This document shows positions 13,600 to 28,054 of a stretch of 64,000 nucleotides of DNA, in pieces. Origin of the DNA: Eledone cirrhosa. Lineage: Eukaryota. Numbering within the stretch: the first letter of the stretch is position 1; every line of letters begins with the position of its first letter. Location of the stretch: the NCBI GenBank assembly GCA_964016885.1, contig OZ024745.1, positions 57,288,001-57,352,000 on the forward strand, written 5' to 3'. The position numbers and the translations under genes are program-made. The notes beneath the pieces were generated by a model. That model had not been told where the DNA came from. It did not search any database and worked only from the letters and a program-made list of their open reading frames with translations.

Positions 13600-14499
13600 T
13601 ATATATATACAAGCGTCTGGAAATATAACTTTTGTAGTAATAATTTATGCATCTGCAGATATTTATTTATTTAGGACAAGCAGGAATTAGGTTAAGTAAA
13701 AATATGTTACTGCATGTGCAGCAAATTCGGCTGCCCTATTAGACAGACCCACATTAGCATAATACTACTGCTGCTGCTACTGCTACTACTAATACTATTA
13801 TTGCTACTACTTGTGCTGCTGCGGCTACTACTCCTTCAGTTACGTCTAAACCGGAATTGTGCCTCCATTACCAATATAAACCTAATTAGCAAATATATAT
13901 GAATAACATTAAATATTACATTTAATACATTCACTGTAAAACTGTTATAGTTCAACTCCCATCTGAAATATTGAAACTATCGAAACTATTAAGAGGTCCT
14001 ACGAAGCTAACATAAACGTTGAACTATTACAGAAAAAGAAGCAATACGTGGTCGTTTACCTAGAGAAGGCATGCTTAATGGGCGTTAGTTATTCATTAGT
14101 GATGGAATCTAGTTTGTGTCAATTTATCTATATTCTGTGTTGATTTAGTTTTAAGCATTTCAATGAATTTAGCGTCCATTAAAATTCTTATTTCTTTACG
14201 GAAACTTTCCTGGAGTATCGTAGATTTGAGTGTTAATGCGTTTCTGTCTTCATTTGCGGTTTTGCATTGAAATTATTCCTTGTAATATGTGTGATGTGAG
14301 CTGGCAGAGTACTAAATGTGGTAATCCTACAGCCGCACACATATATAATATTGACATACATGTATATTTACAATACATACACACACACAGAAGCGCACAC
14401 ATACAAACACATACGAGCACACACATACACATACACAAACACATATATGTATATATATATCAATCAATCTATCTATCTATCTATCTATCTATATATATA

Positions 14500-17200
14500 T
14501 ATTAATTCAAAATATTAACAAAAATAGACATTCGTGTGATCAAGTATATTTGATTTTACATATTTCTGAGTTACTGAGCTATCTTCAACAGTACGTCCTC
14601 ATCAGATAAAATAAAATGATGCATGACATACCCTGACTAAGTAGATGGTTAAAATACAGTCATGGCAGTGAATAAGATATGACAAAACTCAATATTTATA
14701 TGCCTTAAGATTGAGACACATAAATATATAAATCAAACATCTTGAATCTTAAAACAACATATTCAAAATAATAAATGAATGGTTTACGATTCCTTATAAC
14801 TGTTAACCATATAAGCTATATATTTTTAAAAAATACAATAAACCCCGAAAAAAGTAAATGTATTTACACAATCACATGTTAACACTCTACATGTTTATAT
14901 ATTTATATAGAACCCTTAATCTAACATTAATCATATCGTAAATGAATAAAAATTATTATAAGGTTTTATAATCTGTTATAGTATCATTTTACGCACTCAG
15001 TTGATAAGAAACGTCAAAAATTAAAACTTATTTATTCAATGTTTTTCCTGACTTTTTTCGTGAGGCTTGGAATGTACAAGAAGCTTTATGTAGGCAATTT
15101 GAGAATAATTCACTTTTTTGTTAATTAAATTTTCATAATTATTAATTATTAATAAGGTCTCCATAGTACAAAGTTTGCAGTTAGGTGATATTGAAGAATT
15201 CAAGTAGATTAGACTATTACACGGCTTTGACAACGAAATCGAATATTTAAAAATTTTGTCTTTTAATGACCATATAAGTTGTGATAAAGAGGTCGAATAT
15301 TTCCTATTAGGATTCGAAAAAGAATATGTGTGATTCGAAAATATTAATTTAAATGTCGATGAAGTTGCACCAATATAGTTGTATGTGATGTTATTTGCTT
15401 TTACGGTACATTTATAGACCAGATTGCTAGCCAGACAATTATTTTGCAGAGAGCAATTTGATCTATTTCTACAATTACATTTCGATTTATTGTTATTACT
15501 ATAAATTGGACAATTGACATTGCTATTACTTTGATGTGTTCTATTGATAGTGCTTAGATTAATGTTATTGTTATTCCTAGTATTAATATTTCTAGTGTTA
15601 TTATATTCATTATCCCTAATTGTTTGTTGGTTATGATTTAGAATTCTACTATTTATTTTTGTAATGTTCTGGGCCATATTCATAGTTATAGAATAAGAAA
15701 GCTTAATTGTGTCTGTTAAATATGGAACGGTATTTATGTTGTATGGGGAAGCATTTATCTAAAGCTTTAAATAATAGATTTGCGAGTGGTGTTTTGATTG
15801 CTACAGATGCGGGAGGAGCAAACCATATAACTGATTTAGTTCTGATTTTTTCCCCCGATTTATTCATGGTATTGGTGTTTGTATGTTAATTTTAGAATCT
15901 CGTTTATTTATGTTAGTCTTATTTTTACCAGGATTATAATTCAAATTATTATTATCTATATATTCAATATTATTTTTATAACCTGCCTTACGTAGCGCGT
16001 CATTATAATATCCTGCTTTTTCATCAAATATGGATTTATTAGCGGATATTCTAGTTATGCGTTTCTGTACACTATTCACTATTGCATTTTTCACGAATTT
16101 AGGGTGATTAGGGTAATAGCTAACGTAATTTAAGTTTTCATTGGGCTTATTGAAAGGGCAATAAAATCCTGAGTTTAAGTTAAGGGTGACGTCAAGGAAA
16201 TTAACTATTTTGGTACTACTTTCAACTTCTAATTTAAGGTCGGAACTTTTAAAGAATTCAATTATAGTTTTCTTAACCCTATTTAGTACTGTATTGCTAT
16301 GCTTGACAACCGTAAATAAAATATCGTCCCTATATAAACCACCGTCAGTTTTCTATTTACCATATTTAAGATACAAATACACAGAAGATCGGTAACCTGC
16401 GCAGAGTCCGATGATCCCATGGTAATGTCAAAGTTTCTCTTCCTATCTGAACGGGTCCAATACTCATTGTTAAAATTAATTAGAGTTCTTCTAGCAGTTA
16501 ATATGATATTGATTTCATCTGCAGTTAGATCTGTATGTTTGTAAGCATAAGACAAAGCCTTATTTAATAGGTTAGGTGTAATAGAAGAATAATAACTTGC
16601 TATGTCCATTTGGATGAATTTGTGATTTTTCCTATTTTCCATATTTTTAAACCAGTCAATTACTTCATTAGTGTCCTTCCATTTATTATATGTATATAAA
16701 TCACTAATATCGTCTTAAGCTTTAAACAGAATACTCTGTATGTATTTAGACAAATGTGTATATCTAGTTTAATAACATCCTTCTATGTACATTTATAAGG
16801 GCCTTAGATACTTAAGGACATTCTAGTGTTATAATTGTTAAATATTTTCTAAATTATATAATGATTATTTTTTAATTTAATTTTTTTTATATAATTAAAT
16901 TTGGATTACCTTCGGGTTGATGAAATTCTTAAGTCTTTTCTTTCTCATGTTTGCAGACACTTTAAATATGATATTATACTATAATATAGATCCTTTAAAA
17001 CTTTCTTGCATTTTTAAATTATATAGCTTAGATATTTGACACTTAGGATCGGAAACGGTTCATTTATTTATTTTGAATCTGTGTCTTATCTTTTATGATT
17101 CATGAAGTTTGATTTGTATATTTTTAATATAATAATTGACGTAAAACCTTACTTTTAATACTATTAACAGTAATTTATTTATTATATTATATTATATTAT
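14500..17200 (-). pseudogene. Degenerate Naiad-type Penelope-like element (RT + GIY-YIG + 3' UTR), family B
   Basis: Fragments WKDTNEVIDWF, FIQMDIASYYSSI, ITMGSSDSAQVTDL, CNCRNRSNCSLQNNC, NLVYKC...YIGATS, CKLC; frameshifted; 3' end at (TA)n. The upstream limit is approximate. Confidence 0.82.
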
Positions 17201-17400
17201 ATTATATTATATATAACTGAATAATATCGTCTTAAACTTTAAACAATATACTCTTTGTATAAATTTAGACAAATGCGTATATCTAGTTTAATAATATCCT
17301 TTTTAAGTATAATTATAAGGCCTTTAGATACTTTAGGGCATTCTAATTGTTAATTTTAAATTTTTAAAGTTATAATTGTAATTACTTTCTAATTTATATA

Positions 17401-17801
17401 ATTGTTTCTACGTTAGGCACAAGGCCAGCAAAATAACCAGTGTATTACTGGTACTTCATTTTATCGACCCCGTAAGGATGAAAGGCAAAGTTAACCTGGG
17501 CGGGATTTGAACTCAGAATGGCAAGGACCGTAACTCTATGCGTCAAAGCATGGCATCCGACACTCTGCCAATACTCCAATCCACCGCCTATTCTAATTAA
17601 TTTCTAATTTATATAATTGTTTCTACTTTAGGCACAAGGCCAGCAATTACCCAGTGCATTACTGGTACTTTATTTTATCGACCCCGTAAGGATGAAAGGC
17701 AAAGTCAACCTCGGGGGGATTTGAACTAAGATCGTAAAGGGACGTAACTATGCTGGAAAGCATGGCGTCCGACCCTCTACTGATACTGCCAATCCACCGC
17801 C
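17401..17801 (-). mobile_element. Two tandem tRNA-derived SINEs (17401-17588, 17615-17801)
   Basis: Each has a GGCGGTGGATTGG head, B-box and conserved core; TTTCTAATTTATATAAT is duplicated around the first copy. Confidence 0.88.
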
Positions 17802-18633
17802 TTTTTTTGGTAATATAATTTAATATATAATACCTTCGGGAGGAAGAAAATATTAAGTCTCTGCTTTCCCATGTTTGCAAATACTTTAAATTTGATATTA
17901 TACTATAATATAAAAACTTATAAATGTTATAGCCTGAAATATTATATATTAGTTAATTCACTATTTTGAACTAACATAAATGATTCGAAATTTAGCGATC
18001 ATCCGGATACGTTTGGATATATATAATTGATTAATAGTCTATTTCTAATTATCTTAAGGACTCGAAAATAAACCCTCATATAACTACACCCAGATATATT
18101 TGATATTTTTATTGATTGATTATTTCTAGATAATTTAACGATTCGAAATTATTCATTCACAAAGCTATGCCCAAATGTATATTTATTTATATATATATTT
18201 TTGCATCATCTAATTATACGCTATTTATCCACAACAATACAAATCTCCCACCCTATGCTTTATACTATAAAAATTATTCTTCCTTGTCTCTCTATCCTTA
18301 ATCAATTTTCTTTTGCTTTCGGGCATAAGATATTTCTATACTTCTAGTAATTATCTTTTTCCTCGTGTGTTTCTCTCTCTGTCTTTCACTCCTTCTTTCT
18401 TCAATAAATTAAATTATTTGAATCTCTAACAGTTATGTAAGTTTCTATTATATTAGTAGTTGTTTATTATTATGTATCTTTATAAGCTTCCTCACACGCA
18501 CCCTCTGTATTATATGTAATTTCTTTCATGTCTCAATCTTAAGGTATATAAATATTGATTTTTGTCATACCTTATTCACTGCCAAGACTGAATTCTAACG
18601 ATCTACTTAGTCAGACTATGTCATGCATCATCT

Positions 18634-18700
18634 TATTTTATCTGATGAGGAGGTACTGTTGAAGATAGATCAGTAACTCTGAAATATGTATAATAAAATA
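18634..18700 (+). ncRNA. Type I hammerhead ribozyme (family B); degenerate inverted copy at 14547-14613
   Basis: Stem I TATTTTAT/ATAAAATA, CTGATGA, stem II GGAG..TACTG/CAGTA..CTCT, GAAAT-ATGT-AT-A. Lies in 18525-18750, a diverged inverted copy of the family B 3' end (14496-14725). Confidence 0.7.
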
Positions 18701-18741
18701 TACGTGATCACACGAATGTCGATTTTTGTTAATATTTTGAA

Positions 18742-18772
<31 letters not shown>

Positions 18773-18780
<8 letters not shown>

Positions 18781-19949
18781 ATATTTGGGGAGGGTCATAT
18801 TTGCGTAATATTGCCAGAATTAATAACAGAACACACTCACTGTTTGGTTGGTTTTCGCTTCTCGCTGTCTTTTATATATATATATCTGCGATCTAACTTA
18901 CTCGGTCCTCAATGTTGCCATTGACTGACCGGCGGTCAAAAATAATACAGATACAATATAGACAAACACATATATATATAGTTTACATAAATCTTTCGTT
19001 GCACATCTGCAACATCGTCAGTGGTGTTATATTCATTGTTCCTCCTGTTGTGTTGTATGTCTACGCCATTTTTTTTTGTTCAGTCTGTCTATATATTTAT
19101 TTATTTATTTGCTTGTTTGTTTATCTTATTTTATTTTGTCTTCTTTGCGCATGCGTTTGCGTGTGTGTATAGTGTTATGTGTGATGTGTGACTAGTGTGT
19201 ATAGTGTTGTGTCTGCTGGGTGACTAGTGTGTGTTTATGTGCTTGTGTATGTATTTATTTATCTTATTTTATTTAATTTAATTTACTTATTTATTTATAC
19301 TTCTCTTAGGTCAGTGTTGTTTGTTTGGGTGTTGTTGTTGTTCATTCTTTCTGTTTAGCTAAACAGAAAGAATGAGTGGAACAACAACAACACCCAAACA
19401 AACAACACTGACCTAAGAGAAGTATAAATAAATAAGTAAATTAAATTAAATAAAATAAGATAAATAAATACATACACAAGCACATAAACACACACTAGTC
19501 ACCCAGCAGACACAACACTATACACACTAGTCACACATCACACATAACACTATACACACACGCAAACGCATGCGCAAAGAAGACAAAATAAAATAAGATA
19601 AACAAACAAGCAAATAAATAAATAAATATATAGACAGACTGAACAAAAAAAAATGGCGTAGACATACAACACAACAGGAGGAACAATGAATATAACACCA
19701 CTGACGATGTTGCAGATGTGCAACGAAAGATTTATGTAAACTATATATATATGTGTTTGTCTATATTGTATCTGTATTATTTTTGACCGCCGGTCAGTCA
19801 ATGGCAACATTGAGGACCGAGTAAGTTAGATCGCAGATATATATATATAAAAGACAGCGAGAAGCGAAAACCAACCAAACAGTGAGTGTGTTCTGTTATT
19901 AATTCTGGCAATATTACGCAAATATGACCCTCCCCAAATATAACAATAT
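18773..19949. repeat. ~1.18-kb zero-loop palindrome
   Basis: Centre CTGTTTAG|CTAAACAG at 19358/19359; arms mirror each other (identical 86-aa ORFs 18912-19172 + and 19550-19810 -) apart from 5 extra nt near the centre; flanked by (TA)n. Confidence 0.95.
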
Positions 19950-20003
19950 CTGTTTCGACACACGATTTCATATAAAAAACCTCGCAAAACTAATTCATCG
20001 CCG

Positions 20004-20067
<64 letters not shown>

Positions 20068-21350
20068 ACTATTATTACTATCTATCTAAATATTTTGAAG
20101 TGAAACATACCAATTTTTCGGGGTACTTGCTGAAGAGATCTGAATTTGGTATTTTTTCACTTTTTCATTTATCGAAACATATTTGGATTTTAAAGTTTAA
20201 ACTTATCTACGGAGCAGGTTTGGATTTTGAAATTTAAATTTGTCCAAGTACCACAGCCATTTGCCAATATGATTTGTTTTTATTGATTTATTATTTTAAA
20301 TCGAGACAGGCAAACTGTATTATTATAATTAGTATTTTTCAATCTAGGTAACTTAGTCATTTACAATACAAACACTTATATGTTGGTATTAGTGTTTATC
20401 AAATATATTAATTTATATTAACCTGTATTACACGGCTCAGAAATACTTCTTTCTTTGAGCGCTTTCATTGTAAAGGACTGTTTGAGTTTAGAACTCGTTA
20501 TTCATAGTATCTATATATATATATATAAAATATTAAACAAATAATGAATAAAACAATGAAACAGTTCCTTATATTAAACAAAAAAAGTTCATTATTTAAC
20601 GATCGTTTCTAGGATATATATGTGTTAGAATTGGCATGCATATTCAACAGATCTATGTACAAAATTATACAAAATTATACAAACTATCAAGATTAAATAT
20701 ACATACCAACACATATATACGCCGTCTTCAGAAATAATGAAATATATTTATTGATAATAACAACAATTCAAAATTTCAGGTCCGTTTGGGAACAAAATTG
20801 ACCAATGAAAATACAAAAGGTTTTATGCAGTTCGGTGTGTGTATATACATGTAACTACCCTTACACATATTTTACAAAAATGTATGCTCAACATGTATAC
20901 GCATACCAAAAGGATGGATGCAAATACAAAATTTCAAGGTTAATGTCTCTGTAAGTTTATAATGCACAGATAAGATGCGTATAGACACATAAATATGAAA
21001 TAAGTGTATACACATATTCTCATACTCACACATATCCGTACAATCACACACACGCGCGCGTATATGCATAAACATACACATAATTACGAACATACAAACA
21101 CACACACACCCCCACTCATATATATATATGTGGATATAATATCATAAGCACATGGATATTAATTCACTCACATAAACACTGTCACACACATTTAGATCAA
21201 GATACAGAAATTAGGTGGGAGGGGGGGAGAGGTCAGTATTCAACGGTTTGGGCAGACTGCTTATTATAGATGTATCTATAAACTAAGAAATTAAAAAGAA
21301 AAAAGAAATATATCAAGAAAATATATATATATATATATATATACATATAT

Positions 21351-21405
<55 letters not shown>

Positions 21406-21511
21406 CATATATATAAACACATACATATACACACATCCACACTTAGAACATACATACACACACATATATAAACATATACATATACACACATACACACATA
21501 TACACACATAC

Positions 21512-21558
<47 letters not shown>

Positions 21559-21863
21559 TATACACACACAATCACACATACTATATAGACACACATATAT
21601 ATACACACATACACGCACATATACATACACATACATACTTATATACATACAGATATACACATACATACCTATATATAGACGCAAATTCATACAGATATAC
21701 ATATATACATACACACAAATACTTACGCATCCATATATCGGTATATACATACAAACACCACTACACTCTCACACAACTCAGACATACAAAGAAAAAGGTA
21801 TATACCTATATACATATATATATACAAATAGAGATACATATACATATATATATATATATATAT

Positions 21864-21900
<37 letters not shown>

Positions 21901-22094
21901 CACATATACACACATATACATACATACACATACATACATGTACACACACATACATATACATACATACACACATACATACATACATATATAGTCATACACA
22001 CACATACACCTACACGAACATACACATACACATATATAAAGATATATATATACACACACACATACACACACACACATATATATAAAAAATAAAG

Positions 22095-22126
<32 letters not shown>

Positions 22127-22464
22127 ATATACATACATATACATACACACATACATAGACATATATGTACATACATACACATACATACATACATACACAC
22201 ACATATATACATATATATACACACATAGACACATACATACATACACACACAACATACATACACACACATATATACTCATACATAGAATTAGATATATATT
22301 CATACATACATACGCACTTACATATACTCATATATACAAATACATACGCATCCATATATGCGTATATACATACAAACACCACTACACCCTCACACAACTC
22401 AGACATACAAAGAAAAAGGCATATACATATACATATATACACGCATTAATAGAGATATATATAT

Positions 22465-22501
<37 letters not shown>

Positions 22502-22719
22502 CATTTATATATATACACTCACACACACATACAACCATAAACACACATACAAAACATACAAACACACACATACACATATATATACACATACATATATATA
22601 CACACACACAAAAAACAGACGTACATATATATATTTTTTTACACATATATATACACATATATATACATATACACACCCTCACATATACACACATAGACAT
22701 AAGTTATATTATAATAATA

Positions 22720-22774
<55 letters not shown>

Positions 22775-23023
22775 CGAATATAGACATATATACACACATA
22801 GATATATATATATATATATACATATACACACACACACACACACACTCATATATATGTGTGTGCGCACACGCACATACATACACATACACACATATACACG
22901 TAAACACATACATGTGCATACATGCACATACACACATATACCCACATAGATACGAATATAGACATATAAATAGAGAGACATACATATATATACACACACA
23001 TATATACATACATACATACACAC

Positions 23024-23062
<39 letters not shown>

Positions 23063-23206
23063 CATACACACATACACGCCCACACACATATACACATATA
23101 CACATATATATACACATACACACATACACATACACATATATATACACATGCATATATACACACATATATACATCTAATATTTTTAAACCAGTTAATTACC
23201 TGGGAG

Positions 23207-24997
23207 GTGTTTTCCCAGAGTGGTAAAATAACGTGGGAAAACACCTCCCAGGTAATTAACTGGTTTAAAAATATTAGATGTAAATCTTCTGCTTCATTTC
23301 TACAATTTGATATAGATAATTACTATTCTTCTATATCACCTATACTCCTGAACAAAGCATTGATATTTGCTAAAAATAGATCTAACTTAACTTTGGATGA
23401 CATTAATATTATTACACATGCTAGACTAACACTTATTGAATTTCAGAATGAATACTGGACCAGAAACACATATAGTAATCTATTTGATATTACTATGGGT
23501 TCAAGCGATTCCGCCCAAATTACTGATCTTGTGGGCCTCTTTATCCTTTTCAACATAAATGCCTCCTTTCCCCACCTCAAAGGTGGTTTATATCGTGATG
23601 ACTGTCTTCTTCTTTCTAACAACCTTAGCCTTTCAGAAATTGAAAAAAACAAAAAACATATTAGAACTTTCCTTAAAGACTATTATAATCTTCATATTAC
23701 TTTTGAAAAAACAAGTAAAGTAGTAAATTTCCTAGATATAACTTTAGATTTAGCTACGGGTATCTACCAACCTTATCATAAACCAAACCAAAACTTACAT
23801 TACATACACTCACAATCTAATCACCCTAAATCTATCCTTAAAAACCTTGCATATAATATATCACTTAGAATTTCTAACCTTTCTTCTAACCAAGATGTAT
23901 TTGATAAAAATGCGACCTTCTATAACGAAGCTCTAGATAGAAGTGGCCACAAAAATAGATTAGAATATATACCTTCTACTAAAAATACTGAAAGCATACA
24001 ACCTAATATTACCAACAAACACCAAATGAAAAGTACACACCTAAATGCCACCCACACTATACCCCAAAATACCAAATCTTCTAATATAAAATATAGTAAC
24101 TCTCAAAAAACTACTAATTATACAACTCTAATAAATATTAATAATAAAACTCCTAATAAAAAGGATAAAACACCTAAATCTACAAATATAACTAAAAATG
24201 GTTGTGGTGAGATCATTAACATTAATCCTCCTAGTAAACATCACGATACAACCTATAAAAATAATAAAAATAATAAACAACATAGAAACCGTAATAGACG
24301 GGTTACTTGGTATAATGCTCCATTTAATTTACAAATTAAGGATAATATTGCTAAAAATTTTTTTTATATCCTAGAGAAAAACTTCCCGCCAAACCACAAA
24401 TACCATCAAATCTTAAATAGGTCTACAGTTAAATTCTCATACTCTACAACAAATAACATAAAACAAAATATAAGTGCCTATAATGCATATAAATGTAAGA
24501 AAACCATAAGTATACCACCAGTACATCAAATTAACCATAATATCTCCTCAAATACAGAATTAACGAAAGGTTGTAACTGTAGAAACAAGGCAAACTGCCC
24601 ATTAAAAGGGAATTGTCTTGTTAACAACATAGTCTATAAATGTAATGTTAAAACTAAAGATTCTATTTGCTCATATATAGGAGCTACCTCTAACAATTTT
24701 AAGACAAGGTTTAATACCCACAAGCATAGTTTTAAAAATGCCGCACTGGCTAATACAACATCTCTAGCAGAAAAAATCAATAGTTATAAAAATAAGAATA
24801 TAGAATATGATTTGACCTGGAGTGTTCTCAAAAGAGCCACCCCTTATCAAAATAATAGAAATGAATGTAGATTATGTTCCCAAGAACTATTTGAAATAAT
24901 GAAATCTAAGGATATCCTATTAAATAAACGACAGGAATTAATTATATCGTGTAATCATAAACTAAAAAAAACATTTAAATATTATAAACCTAATTAA
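23207..24997 (+). CDS. Penelope-like (Naiad-type) reverse transcriptase + GIY-YIG endonuclease, 5'-truncated, uninterrupted
   Basis: FLQFDIDNYYSSI, ITMGSSDSAQITDLVG, GGLYRDDC, VNFLDITL, YIHSQSNHP; then CNCRNKANCPLKGNC, NIVYKC...YIGATSNNFKTRFNTH, CRLCSQE, LLNKRQE. The GTG start lies in the fold-back arm, so it is not the native start. Confidence 0.92.
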   Translation: MFSQSGKITWENTSQVINWFKNIRCKSSASFLQFDIDNYYSSISPILLNKALIFAKNRSNLTLDDINIITHARLTLIEFQNEYWTRNTYSNLFDITMGSSDSAQITDLVGLFILFNINASFPHLKGGLYRDDCLLLSNNLSLSEIEKNKKHIRTFLKDYYNLHITFEKTSKVVNFLDITLDLATGIYQPYHKPNQNLHYIHSQSNHPKSILKNLAYNISLRISNLSSNQDVFDKNATFYNEALDRSGHKNRLEYIPSTKNTESIQPNITNKHQMKSTHLNATHTIPQNTKSSNIKYSNSQKTTNYTTLININNKTPNKKDKTPKSTNITKNGCGEIININPPSKHHDTTYKNNKNNKQHRNRNRRVTWYNAPFNLQIKDNIAKNFFYILEKNFPPNHKYHQILNRSTVKFSYSTTNNIKQNISAYNAYKCKKTISIPPVHQINHNISSNTELTKGCNCRNKANCPLKGNCLVNNIVYKCNVKTKDSICSYIGATSNNFKTRFNTHKHSFKNAALANTTSLAEKINSYKNKNIEYDLTWSVLKRATPYQNNRNECRLCSQELFEIMKSKDILLNKRQELIISCNHKLKKTFKYYKPN

Positions 24998-25497
24998 TAA
25001 CATTATTTTAGAAATTAATTTAATTTAAATGTTAGTTAACCTATAAATTTAATTTAATTAAAATTCTATTACAGATGAAAATATAAAATATTGTGTAATC
25101 ATAAATTGTGAAAAACCTTTAAATATTACTAATATATACTTAGTAATTTAATTTATAGATTAATTTTAATTTATTTAAACCTTTTATTAAAATTCCTTTA
25201 CAGATAAAATATAACAAAATATCGTATATCCAATGACAGAGAAATAATTTTTAGTATTATAGACCTAATTAATATACATTTTAGAAATATATTTATAATT
25301 TGGTTTTAAATTTAGTCAACCTAAAAATTTAATTTAATTGGCTTAAAATTAGTATCCTTATACAGACGGATTGCAGAATGTCATGTAATCATAGAATGGG
25401 ATGTGTTTTGGCTATATACCTAGTTAATATATTCTTTGCAATTTTTGAAAAAATATGTATATGTATGTATGTATATGTATGTGTATGTGTGTGTATG

Positions 25498-25528
<31 letters not shown>

Positions 25529-26364
25529 ATGTATATATATATGTGTATGTATATGTATATGTATATGTATTAATTTTGATTTCTATTTGCATATAATTAT
25601 ATTCTGCTATTGTTAAAATACAATATCTGTTTTATTTATTATATACCTAATTAACATATACTATAGAAATTAATATATAATTTTTAATTTAGTTAACCTA
25701 TAATTTATATTCTACTACCGATGTAATACTTTATTTGTTTTTTCCCTATTACTAAATTCATTTCCTAATATTGATACCATAACGTTATTAACTTTAATTT
25801 AGTTATACTATAATTAATACTCTACTACTATTTAACTTCAAAATTCTGCTTCAAATATTATAAATCTAACTAATTTACACCTTAGAAATCAATATGTTAA
25901 CTATCTTTAGTTTAGTTAACATATAATTAATGGTATACTTATTTATTTTGAAATGCATAAATTTTGCCTTATTTCTTGTATTTCCTAACACTGAAACTAT
26001 GTAAAAACATACATTGGATCCAGATACAGATAATATTATATGTTTCTTGAAACATATATTTACTATAATCCCCTTCTCCAACCCCCCCCCCCTTTCCCCC
26101 ATACTATTATCATCTGTGTTTGTAAGCGTGTATGTATGAATATATATGTAGGTAGGTGTATATATGTTTGGGTATTTATATCTGAATATAAAAATACATA
26201 TATGCGCATGCAAATAAGAATGTAAGATTGTGTGTATATATATGTGTGTATGTATATATATGTGTGTATATATGCATGTGTATATATATATGTGTATGTG
26301 TATGTGTGTATGTGTATATATATGTGTATATGTGTATATGTGTGTGGGCGTGTATGTGTGTATG

Positions 26365-26403
<39 letters not shown>

Positions 26404-26652
26404 GTGTGTATGTATGTATGTATATATGTGTGTGTATATATATGTATGTCTCTCTATTTATATGTCTATCTTCGTATCTATGCGGGTATATGTGTGTATG
26501 TGCATGTATGCACATGTATGTGTTTACGTGTATATGTGTGTATGTGTATGTATGTGCGTGTGCGCACACACATATATATGTGAGTGTGTGTGTGTGTGTG
26601 TGTATATGTATATATATATATATATCTATGTGTGTATATATGTCTATATTCG

Positions 26653-26703
<51 letters not shown>

Positions 26704-27286
26704 TATTATTATAATATAACTTATGTGTATGTGTGTATATGTGAGGGTGTGTATATGTATATATATGTGTATATATATGTGTAAAAAAATATATATATGT
26801 ACGTCTGTTTTTTGTGTGTGTGTATATATATGTATGTGTATATATATGTGTATGTGTGTGTTTGTATGTTTTGTATGTGTGTTTATGGTTGTATGTGTGT
26901 GTGAGTGTATATATATAAATGTATGTGTATATATATATATATATATGTGTATATATATCTCTATTAATGCGTGTATATATGTATATGTATATGCCTTTTT
27001 CTTTGTATGTCTGAGTTGTGTGAGGGTGTAGTGGTGTTTGTATGTATATACGCATATATGGATGCGTATGTATTTGTATATATGAGTATATGTAAGTGCG
27101 TATGTATGTATGAATATATATCTAATTCTATGTATGAGTATATATGTGTGTGTATGTATGTTGTGTGTGTATGTATGTATGTGTCTATGTGTGTATATAT
27201 ATGTATATATGTGTGTGTATGTATGTATGTATGTGTATGTATGTACATATATGTCTATGTATGTGTGTATGTATATGTATGTATAT

Positions 27287-27320
<34 letters not shown>

Positions 27321-27514
27321 CTTTATTTTTTATATATATGTGTGTGTGTGTATGTGTGTGTGTATATATATATCTTTATATATGTGTATGTGTATGTTCG
27401 TGTAGGTGTATGTGTGTGTATGACTATATATGTATGTATGTATGTGTGTATGTATGTATATGTATGTGTGTGTACATGTATGTATGTGTATGTATGTATA
27501 TGTGTGTATATGTG

Positions 27515-27576
<62 letters not shown>

Positions 27577-27854
27577 TATGTATATGTATCTCTATTTGTA
27601 TATATATATGTATATAGGTATATACCTTTTTCTTTGTATGTCTGAGTTGTGTGAGAGTGTAGTGGTGTTTGTATGTATATACCGATATATGGATGCGTAA
27701 GTATTTGTGTGTATGTATATATGTATATCTGTATGAATTTGCGTCTATATATAGGTATGTATGTGTATATCTGTATGTATATAAGTATGTATGTGTATGT
27801 ATATATGCGTGTATGTGTGTCTATATAGTATGTGTGATTGTGTGTGTATATATA

Positions 27855-27913
<59 letters not shown>

Positions 27914-28023
27914 GTATGTGTGTATATGTGTGTATGTGTGTATATGTATATGTTTATATATGTGTGTGTATGTATGTTCTAAGTGTGGATGTGTGTATAT
28001 GTATGTATGTGTTTATATATATG

Positions 28024-28054
<31 letters not shown>

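Noticed and set aside
16680-23234. Shared 5' truncation point of the two Naiad RT copies at the W-x-x-T motif
   Set aside because: Family B homology appears to continue upstream in degenerate form (LSKYIQSIL..., KNFINP), so the coincidence is only apparent.
23207-25400. Selenoprotein-type Naiad (in-frame UGA plus SECIS)
   Set aside because: Conserved cysteines in the 596-aa ORF and both other GIY-YIG fragments are ordinary Cys codons. SECIS-like ATGA...TGA hairpins (3882-3910, 34855-34891) lack correct helix length or register.
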